Source of the DNA: Anthoceros angustus | Taxonomy: Eukaryota > Plantae > Anthocerotophyta | Direction of reading: 5' to 3' | DNA length: 64,000 bases | Assembly: GCA_010909165.1 (NCBI GenBank) | Contig: MU008186.1 | Span: forward strand, 682,001-746,000 | In this document: piece after piece, positions 35,826 to 45,708 of the stretch | Numbering within the stretch: position 1 is the stretch's first letter | Layout: each line of letters starts with the position of its first letter | Made by a program: the position numbers and the translations under genes | The notes under the pieces: model-generated | What the model saw: only the letters and a program-made list of their open reading frames with translations | What the model was told of the DNA's origin: nothing | Databases searched by the model: none

Positions 35826-36817
35826 TCCAAGTGAGCATGAACGCGATTCTGGTCAGGACTAGGGAAGGTTGAAGGATGGAGATGTCATGAAGGTTATACT
35901 TTAAGAGCTAAATTGTTGAGCGCGGAGAAATGCATAGCCATTAGACTCTAGCCACATGTCCTCTAAAGTTGTAGCTAGGTTATTCTTTGGAGGCACATGC
36001 AAGGTTAGTTTTTTGTTAATCCTTCTCTATTGTACAAGGCCATTTGAGCCTTTCTTAATATGTAGCTAGGTTATTCTTAAGAGTTATATTCGAGGTAATT
36101 GTTTTGTCAATCCCTCTCTATTGTACAAGGCCATTTAAACCTTTTCTTAATATGATTGTCATCATAAAAAAATATATACATAGGAATCATAGCAATCAAT
36201 TCTAGTGATCACTTGGGGCCATTAGAACACTAGTCTACACCAATTTACAAAGTCCGTCCTTGTCAACGGAACCCTTACAAAAGGAAAACATCCACTATGG
36301 TGAACATACATAGATTGTTCATACTATATCACTTTCTTGTTTTTGGATCCCATGATTATTTTTTATTATCTAATAATTAAATATAAATATTAGCTTAGAA
36401 AAATTTGTGAAAAACTTTGTACCTTTATAGATTCTAGTTTCTTAATTGATTTTCATAATGCTATGATATTTTATCCTAAGTTTCGTTCCATTTGAATGCT
36501 TAGGAAAGAAAACAAAGTGCCGATAGATGGACAAGACGAACGCTTAGGAAAGAAAACACAGTGCCAATAGATGGACATAGACGTCATACATTGGTTCAAT
36601 TGTTGCTGTTTGTTATTGGAGATTGAACAACATAAACCTATAAACTTTCCGGCATCCTTTCAATTCCTTTGCTAACGAGTTCTACTAACAAGTGTAAACA
36701 TTTGTAGAATTTATACCTTATCTTTTAAGGTGTCGACGTGCTAAGATGGCTGAATATTTTTCACTATTATACTCATAATTTCTTCCTCCAATAAGTAAGA
36801 ACCCCGGTACTCATCGG

Positions 36818-36991
36818 CTATAGTAACCTAAATGGGGACAATATATTCTCTCATCCAGGCGGCTTCGCTTAGTAGAGAGAGAGCGGCAAGCGAGGGGTTG
36901 GAACTATAGTAATCTAAATGGGGACAATATATTCTCTCATCCAGGCGGCTTCGCTTAGTAGAGAGAGAGCGGCAAGCGAGGGGTTGGAACT
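36818..36991. repeat. 86-bp tandem duplication covering a P450 stop codon
   Basis: ctatagtaa.ctaaatggggac...ggttggaact occurs at 36818 and 36904. Confidence 0.9.
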
Positions 36992-37413
36992 GCTTTGAGG
37001 TGATGCGTTCTTGGAACAGCCAGTCCAAAGGTCTCAGACATGTCTAGGGCTTCAGGTCTCTGGCCTTTTGGAAGGCACCAGTCGAAGCTATGGAGCAGCT
37101 TAGCAATGAGGGAGCCGGGCATAGTCAAGCCTAGAGTGGCTCCAAGGCATCCCCTTCTACTGCTTCCAAACAGAACCAAATTGAAATTCTGCCCCTTGAT
37201 ATCAATCTCACTGTTCCACATTGCAACAAACAGAACTTCAATTTGATCACCTGCAGAAATTGTGCGCAAGGAAATTTGCGACTGTAGGTGAAGATGTGAT
37301 GACATACCTTTCGATGAATCTCTCCGGCCTGAACTGGAGAGGACTGTCCCAAGCTTCTGGGCTCCTGTGAATGTTCTGCAGGCTAGTGAATACAACGGTA
37401 TTGGCCAGAATAG
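36955..37413 (-). pseudogene. 5'-truncated P450 (end of exon 4, 37413-37308; exon 5, 37210-36955)
   Basis: ILANTVVF..WDSPLQFRPERFIER, intron at the same phase-2 position as CYP-1 to CYP-3, then EIDIKGQNF..FGSSRRGCLG (degenerate heme motif). Cut by the Copia LTR at 37414. Confidence 0.85.
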
Positions 37414-38332
37414 TGAAGATAGAACATCTCTAACCCACAAAGATAAACTAGGGTTAGTAGAGGTGTGGATTCAATAGCTTTATAAGAAACCATTTTGGTA
37501 TTGTGAACGTATCAATGAAAGAATCTAGTCACGAGTTCCTCTCGTTTTTCTCTTATCCTTCACTTGGTATGAGAGCCTAGTGTTTGAATGCATTATGATG
37601 CGTATGATTGCGATGCTTAGTGTGCGCAGATGTCGATGATGCTAATGCCGCGCGTCGATGCGCCGTTTGTTACTTCACAATTGTTCAAAGATGCCTAGGA
37701 GAAGGAACAATTGTGTATGGTGCATGGCCCCTCCCGTCGCGCGGGTTGGGGAGCAATTCTCTTGTAATTCTTGGGAAAACTGGGCGCCTCCACAACGTGA
37801 TCAGGGCAGGGCTAACACCCATCAACATTGGGCATCCTTGCCAAGTAATTTGAGCAGGACAAATTCCAATAAGAGAAGGCAATCTTTTCTTTGGGAGAAT
37901 CTAAATCCTGACAGAAACCAATCTGCAGCACGAAAGGCCAACCGTTTCTGTGCAATTGGATGCTCACCTCCCCTCCAGGGTAATTGCTCAAGCCATCAAT
38001 CGAATCAATTGCAAGATTGACACACTTATCTCCATGGTTGAAGGCCTACAACGACCTAGGGAACAAACCCTAAATATACGGAGGGATCAAACCCCTCCCC
38101 CTACTGAAGACTGAACCGTCGCGCTCCTTCAAACCACAGCACTTGCAAGGGTAACATAGTCAGGTGTCTGTTGGTCAAATTGGTTTTCATGTGAAGCTTG
38201 GTAACCACAAACCAAGGGTGCAACATACCTAGCAGGTTGTTACTGTAACTGGTGTTGTGAGGATCATAATCACCACAATCCACTTACAGGCATCAACAGT
38301 GACAGTAATAGCACACCTGATCTTCCGCTGCA

Positions 38333-39541
38333 ATGGCTTTAAATATTTCCAACACAACAGGAATCGATTATCGTGATCGATTCAATGGAACCAAGTATAA
38401 CATTTGGACAATCAGGATGAAGTCTATGCTAGAATTCAAAGAGGTTTGGCAATACGTGGATGGTTCCTTACCTCGTCCCACAATAGCTGCAGCCTCTACG
38501 GCCACAACCAGCGCGGGAACAGTAACCCAAGCTGATGTTGATCTCTGGAACCGTGGAGATAAAACTGCGAAGCATCTGATCATCAATGCCTTAGATGAAA
38601 GCATGATGGATCATGCTTCAGGATATGACACATCTAAAGAAATTTGGGATGGTCTGGCTAATCTCTACCAAGTTCAGAATATCATGACTCTTGTAGAGGC
38701 AAGGATGAATTTTCAGTCCTTGCGTTTGAAAGAGAAGGAGAGTGTTTCGGTTTACCTAGGAAAATTCAGGTATCTCCGCTCGCAGCTCTCACTCCTCGGC
38801 TCTAAGATGACAGAGCTGGATGCCGTTGCACAATTACTGGCCAGTCTTCCACCAAGTTGGGAGAGTTTTGCCTCACAGCAAAACGGGCCCTTACAAACTG
38901 CTTCAGCAGCTGTTGCAGCGGGTGGATCTTCAACTCTTACTGTTGCTGGTCTATCAGCCTTAATGCTACAAGAGGAGATAAGGAGAAGACTAAGCGCCGC
39001 CTCATCTTCAACTGTTAATTCAGACAAGGTGCTGATGGCTGAAAGGAAGCCTAAATGGAATAAGAAAGGAGGGCAGGGAAAGCCTACCAGCAGTACCTAC
39101 AATAAAGGTGATAAAAAGAAGAAGAAAGGAGCATGCAATTGGTGTCTAATTGAAGGGCATTGGGAGGATGACTGCCGTAAGAAAAAGGCAGGCGAACCAC
39201 GCAAGAACAAGCCTCATGAGACACATATTGCTCAATCAACAAGCAGGACTGTACCTTCAATTATGATAGTATGCTTCCTTTCTACTTGTACACCATCCTC
39301 TTCGTGGTACATGGACTCCAGAGCATCTGCTCACATATGCAACAATATGAGTTGCTTCACAACATTTGCTGCTGATTCCACAGGGCAAGTTGTTATAGTA
39401 GCTGATGACAGATCAGTTGCTGTGAAGGGCAAAGGGACAGTGATCTTACACACCTCTGTAGGAACAGATTTACACCTACAGGATGTTCTCCATGTACGCA
39501 AGGGCTGCAAGTTATTCCAGGGTGACACAATTGATCAATGA
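38333..39541 (+). CDS. gag: Copia gag, zinc knuckle and protease (402-aa ORF)
   Basis: DRFNGTKYNIW; LLASLPPSW; GACNWCLIEGHWEDDC; WYMDSRASAHIC. Confidence 0.85.
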   Translation: MALNISNTTGIDYRDRFNGTKYNIWTIRMKSMLEFKEVWQYVDGSLPRPTIAAASTATTSAGTVTQADVDLWNRGDKTAKHLIINALDESMMDHASGYDTSKEIWDGLANLYQVQNIMTLVEARMNFQSLRLKEKESVSVYLGKFRYLRSQLSLLGSKMTELDAVAQLLASLPPSWESFASQQNGPLQTASAAVAAGGSSTLTVAGLSALMLQEEIRRRLSAASSSTVNSDKVLMAERKPKWNKKGGQGKPTSSTYNKGDKKKKKGACNWCLIEGHWEDDCRKKKAGEPRKNKPHETHIAQSTSRTVPSIMIVCFLSTCTPSSSWYMDSRASAHICNNMSCFTTFAADSTGQVVIVADDRSVAVKGKGTVILHTSVGTDLHLQDVLHVRKGCKLFQGDTIDQ

Positions 39542-39568
39542 ATCGCTGAAGGAATAGAGCAGGACGAC

Positions 39569-40652
39569 TTGTATGTACTACAACTCTTACCTGCAGGTTC
39601 TTCAACCACCCCATTGAGCGAGAGTAATATTGCTTGTGTGGCAGACTCTATTTCTTCGAGAACTCTCTTATGGCACATGCGGTTTGGCCACATGAATCTC
39701 CCAAAACTTATGCGTCACACACAAGCTGATTATTTTAGAACAGGTCAAGGTCTTCCCAAATTAGGAAAACAAATGCAAGTCTGTGAGTCTTGTGTAATGG
39801 GTAAGCACAAGCAACTACCCTTCACCAACACTAACCTTGTAAGAGCAACCAGCCTGTTAGAATTGTTGCACGCAGATATATGTGGACCTTTAAGTGAACT
39901 CTCACTAGGAGGAGCAGAGTATTACTTGGTTATCGTTGATGATTACAACAGGTTTACTCATACCTATCCACTGAAGAGGAAAAGTGAAGCATTCACCATC
40001 TTCCAGGACTTCAAAACAATGGCTGAATCACAAACAGGATCCAAAGTTCGCTGCTTACGAACAGACAATGGCGGCGAGTTTAGCTCAAATGCATTTAAGG
40101 ACTGGTGTAAGGCTCATGGCATCATGCGTCAATACACACTACCTTATACATCCCAACAGAATGGGATAGCTGAGAAGAAGGTTGGGGACATTGCTAGCGC
40201 AGCAAGGACGATGCTTTATGCCTCCAATCTTCGCAAGCCCTATTGGGCCGAGGCTATGGTAACAGCGACTTACGTAATGAACAGGATGTACATCAGCCAT
40301 ACCGTTAGGGACAACACCATATGAATTGTGGTATAAGAGAAAACCAGCAGTAGCTCACCTTAGAATTTTCGTTTGCATAGTTTGGGCACTTGTTCCCCTT
40401 CAGGGCAGGCCTAAGTTAGGAGAAAGGGCAACCAGGCACATCTTTGTCGGTTATGGAGATCATGTGAAAGCCTATAAACTGTATTCTCCGTCTACTCGTC
40501 AACTTACACATGCTAGGAGAGTTGTCTTCAACGAAGCTCCTACCATAAGGAGTGCAGTGGGAGTTTCCACTGCAATTGGAGAATCGAGCCAGCAACCATC
40601 AAGGGAATTTATTCCTACAGAACCAGATTGGTTCATGAAGGAGAAAGTTTAG
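39569..40652 (+). pseudogene. pol: Copia integrase (in-frame stop at ~40322)
   Basis: LWHMRFGHMN; HADICGP; LRTDNGGEF; QQNGIAE; YWAEA; IFVGYG. Confidence 0.88.
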
Positions 40653-43600
40653 AATTTCACACATACCCTGATGATGACAATCCGATACCTTTATGGGCAT
40701 GCCTGAAGGTCATTAATGTGCTTGATGGAAGCATTAGGCAAGGTAATTAGGTCAAGCAAGGGCCTGAGAGCTACGAAGGCCAGACCAGAGTGAAGATATT
40801 CGGCATAGGAGTCTTTTGCAGCAGCTAAGCATTTGGAGCGTGAAGGATGCAGAGGCAGAAAGAGGCCAGTGAGCAGCACTTATCTACATTGGGTCGGCCG
40901 AACGCGCGAGCGGGGTCGGCTACGGCAGTCAACCTATCGGACTCCCTTGGTATGGCCAGTCAAGCTTGTTCACAGGTGAGTTCACTCACAATTCGAGACA
41001 TGAAGTGAAATGGTACAGCGAACGGAGGCGGTTGCACAATGCAGGCGGTTTCGATATGCTTCCTAAGCGTCTTGATCTGCTCCCTCTTCCTCTGCATCGA
41101 CATCTCCTTGTGCACCGAGGATGTGAGATGGCACCGCGTTCTTGCATTCAGCAACCCTTGAAATTCAAGTAGCCTCACAAATCCAGCTCCTGCAGCACAA
41201 GGTTGTCTTGCAAGCTTAAGCCTGATAAGAGGGCCAACGCCGCTGACTCCAGATCTTCAAGGAATGCACGCAGTTCCAGCGCATGCGTCAGACGGTATGC
41301 CTTGGCCTTTCTTTTCCCACGATGTGCCCTAGCCTCCATAGAGATTTGCTTCAGGTTGGTGCTAATTGGTGGACAGAGATGCAATCAGGTCTTCGAATAT
41401 ATCCTCGTCCTCCAGCCCTAGGCAGCCATGTGCAACGAACACCACCCCTGTGCAGGGTATGACGGGTGCTGGCTGCTGTCCTGTTTGCATATTAGATGCG
41501 CATAGGGCATGTCATGGGGGCACGATGAGGGCTGCAGGATCTTGCAGCCACGGCATGGTACGGCAACAGCGCGGCTGGGGTCACTGGCAACAGATGGAAG
41601 GCATGCAGAATGATTGGGTACAGCAGCAGGTTGGGTAGAACTCAAGCGTACCAGGAGGATGAACAGGATATGAAGCGGGCCAGGCGGATTCACTCGACAC
41701 AGGGAGAAGCAGCATAGGAAGTGTATGCAAAGTGTGTGCTGCAGGAGGAGGGCTGCAGGATCTTGTAACCACGGCATGGTCCAGCAACGGCACGGTGGGG
41801 TCACTGGCAGTAGAAGGCTTGCATAATGATTGTAGTGAGCTGTTGCAGGAGAGCTCCTCAGAGCAGGGTTTCGATTGCAGGTTCTACGAGAACTCTTGAA
41901 GTTCGAACTGTACAGGTGTTGAAGCACGTGAATTCTGTGATGCTGCTGTTGTGAGCCAGACAAGTGCCCACAACCCGCGATGCACAAAATAGCTGGTTAC
42001 TGTCATGAGCTCCAAACTGGTGCCGGTTTTGCCCAAAGTATGCCAGCCACAACTTCTGCGAGCCTAGCCCTCACAGAGCGCTATAACCCCCCTGTGCCCA
42101 CCCTGCTGTTACCTCAGGCCGGAGCTTGGTGATGGATTGATTGAATGCGGAACGGCGCTTGGATTGTGAGACTGCGACTCCGACTGAGAGAAGGAGGATA
42201 CGTGGTAGCTCAAAGCAACCAGCGAGGAATCAACATGGGCCGAATGGATTTTTCTCACAGTATGCTGCGCGCCCGCATCATTCATCCCGACAACATGTCA
42301 TGGTCCCATTCATGATTTATATAAAAAAGTTTGTCTCGATGTAAGTGCGTGTACATTAAACAAGACCGCAGATACTGAAAAGAAGAAAATGGTCATATCT
42401 AAGGAGGATCATTCTTTTGAGGATCGAAGTGAGAAGCGATAAAACCATAGTTAGTAGAAGAGAGAGATAAAGGGCAGGGAAAAGAACCAGATCCTGCATG
42501 CCATGGATGTATGTATTCAGAGTTGTAGTTACGAGTAAGTGCCCTTTCCTTGAAAAGTACAGTTGCTATGTCTGCAGAACATTGAGGCACACATATCAGC
42601 ATTGAAACAGCATTCTGGTTCCTGGGGCAGTCACACCTATGTAGCACTAGTGACAAGGCATATGCCGACTTACGATTTGCATACAGGACTTTCCCTCTGA
42701 TGTTCTACTTTCAATCGAACCATCCAAATTGGTTGCTTCTTTTGGAACGTAGAGTGCAATTGCACCTACGATGCCACCTTCATTTCTGAGCACTACAGAT
42801 CACAGCGTGGGCTTTGAAATTCAGCGTTGGATGAGGCGTGCAACACCTACCGACACCACTAGCATGACCGAACAGCAACAACAACCCAAGATGCTAAAGC
42901 AGTAGTGGAATTGGGATGCAATAGCAGTAGTAGAACAGCTGGTGGGCTCGGGTAAGATTTGAGATTCACAGACCTGCATCAAGATGTTTTTGTTAGAGAA
43001 AGATTGGATTGACGGTTTCTGGGACGGAAGGGTGGATATATTTACCAAAAACGGATGAAAACCCGACCAATATTGAATGCGCTTGATAGGTATGCCGGTG
43101 GGGCGTGCACAAGAATGGAAACCCTAAAATCACCTGCATTGCGCATCAAACGCACTAGCTCGTCAGCAAGGGTGTATCCAGAGGGGGCACAACATAGTAT
43201 CCTGGCAGCACTGTGCATCAGTACCTGAACCAGTGCAGCGTACGGAACTGCTGTTACAAATTCTCACAGTGACAAGGTCTGCAAACATGGATGTAAAATT
43301 TTGGGTAAGAAAGAAACACAAGTAGATTGAGAAGGTGGCCGACGCTCAACATCAAGAGGTTCAAGCAGCAGGGGTGGTGCATAAAGCAACACATTCATCT
43401 TCACTTGCTCCAGTACTGCTGCTGGCTTGTGCACATGGGCAGGCTAAGGTGATCTATCAGCTGTGTCCCATGCTGCCAGCTGGGGGGGAAAGAAGACCAA
43501 TTTGTCTCCAGCTGTTTGCTGTGTTTTTCCCAGCTGACCTAATGTATTCAGCTGATTTGGTGATTCATGACAATCACCAAATCCTGATTTGGTGATTCAT

Positions 43601-44172
43601 GATTCTCAGGGTCTCTCGATCTGTCAGTCGGGTGCCGTAGTTGCTACTTTGTTCTGACAATAGCAAAAGACGAAATCGCACTTGCAGCATTTGCTCAGGG
43701 TAACCTAAAACCGGAGCCGGTTTCTGCTAGACAGGCTAGTTGCCACAACACACAAACCGGATAAACCAGATGACAAAGACGAGCTATTAAACCTACTCAG
43801 CAATCGAATGACACGACCGATGTCTGACTCCCATTGTGAATCCCAATTGCAAACGTTTCGCATTCAATCTCAGAGCGACAGTTGCAAGCGGCATCTTTTG
43901 ACACGCAAATAAAGGAGACGCTCCAAACCTTATCTGCATAGCATCTGGGAACATGGAAGGAAGGACGACTTGTGCAGCATTGCGCTAGGCACAGTGCTTA
44001 CCGATTTGAGCCAAGTCTTGGAAAGGAATCACGAGGTCCAAATCATCTCCGGTGCAATTTCGATAACAGAGCTTATGGAATGCACCAGCTACTCCGCAGC
44101 ACATTCAAGTTCAGAACGGTAGAGCCTTGGATTGCACAATTGTTGCGCTCGAAAACAAGCAGCTGTTGGATC

Positions 44173-45708
44173 ATGGACTGGGTTAATGCAATCCTGTTTG
44201 CGGTAGCGGGATTGTTGGCCATTGTCCATATTGCGACTCAAGCAGATAAGTGGTCCAGCAGCGGAAGAAAGTTTCGCCTTCCCCCAGGCCCGCCGGCATG
44301 GCCAGTGGTGGGAAACCTCTCCATTTTCTCCGATCCCAGTCCCCACGCCCGCCTGGAGGAGCTGGCCAACAAGTTCGGACCTGTCATGTCCATCCGCCTG
44401 GGCTCAAACCTGGCTGTGGTTGTCTCATCCGCGGACATGGCTAGAGAGGTGATGAAAGTGCAGGACAACAATTTCGCATCCCGTCCCCGCACCAGCCTTC
44501 CATCACCTGGTTTTCCAGGAAGGAACGTGCGGATTTCAACCCCTCGGACCCAGGCACCAGTACGTGAGGTAATACTGATTGATGGTCTTTGCAAGATTAG
44601 AAATTTTGCAACCTTAACCTTGCTCTGGTGCTCACATGATGGACATGGTTCAATTTTCAGGAAGATCATGGTGACAGAGCTGTTGACTCCCAAGCGAACT
44701 CAGCGATTCGAGGAATCCAGACGGCAAGAACTGGATGCTGCCATGAGATCTGTATTGCACAAGAGTGGGCAAGAGGTCGACATCCATGGCCTGGGAATCA
44801 CTCTGACAATGAACAACATGACGCGGATGTTGATGAGCAAGCGCTTCTGCGAATTCGAGCCTGGAGAGCAGATTGGAGAAGAATCTTCCCTGGTTAGCTT
44901 CAGAGCTTCTTCTGTCGTCCTTGAACGACATCTTGGACAGATGTGAATCCATATGCTCCAGCCTGGAGCATTTCAAGAGCTAGCGTGCATAAAACGTCCT
45001 GACATGTGGCATCTATGGTGTGCAGGTAGATCCACAGGAAGCAGCCGAGTACGGCTGGTTGATCTGTGAGATCAACCGGTTGCTGGGAATCCCTGTGCTC
45101 GGGGACAGCATTCCTTTCCTGGGATTTCTGGACATGTTCACTGTAAGGAGCATGCAGAACTCTAGGAGCAGGCTGAACAACTTTCTGTCCAAGATCATCG
45201 ATAACCAGGCAGCGAATGAGCCAATCCTGTACCTCCTAACCACATGACTTCCTTGAGGTATTGCTGAACCTCCCGGGGGAGAAAGGAGTCGACAGAGATC
45301 AGGCCACCAAAGGAATTTTGACGGTAGGACAAACCGAAAGCTTGATCATCCGACCATGATGGTGTTTTGTGCACGCCACATATACTGTATATGCTCACTC
45401 TCAGATTGTGTGTCGTCCTGAGCTGCGATCGCAGGATATGTTGCTTGCTGGAGTCGACTCCTCTGCCGTGGTAACAGAATGGGCTTTGTCAGAACTGTTC
45501 AGGAACCCGTGCGTGCTAAAGAAGGCACAGCAAGAGGTGGACTGGGTTGTAGGGAAGGATCGTCAATTGCAGGAATCAGATCTGGCTAATCTTCCCTACG
45601 TTCAAGCTGCTGTGAAGGAGACGCTGCGACTGCATCCCGTCTCTCTCTTACTTATCCCACATTACTCCATGCAAGACAGCACACTTGGGGGCTACGATGC
45701 CCGCCAAA
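44173..45708 (+). pseudogene. 3'-truncated CYP71-clan P450 (CYP-4); stops in exon 4 after [11 protein letters not shown](V)PAK
   Basis: MDWVNAILFAVAGLLAIV..LPPGP..FASRP; introns at the same three positions as CYP-1 to CYP-3; DMLLAGVDSS I-helix. PERF and heme motifs are missing because the AAA block starts at 45709. Confidence 0.88.

Larger units (their letters stand above)
37414..40850 (+). mobile_element. Ty1/Copia element, 3'-truncated (no RT, RH or 3' LTR); 5' LTR 37414-37562, PBS 37565-37577
   Basis: LTR termini TGAAG...CTTCA; PBS TGGTATGAGAGCC (iMet variant); gag, protease and integrase ORFs downstream. Confidence 0.85.

Noticed and set aside
40880-42120. CAG/GCA-rich region with several 65-190-aa ORFs on both strands and a ~70-bp internal repeat
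   Set aside because: No recognisable domain or consistent exon chain; left unannotated.
43972-44172. N-terminal 67-aa extension of the 324-aa ORF
   Set aside because: It starts at GTG; the P450 membrane anchor begins at the ATG at 44173, and the ORF later reads through introns.
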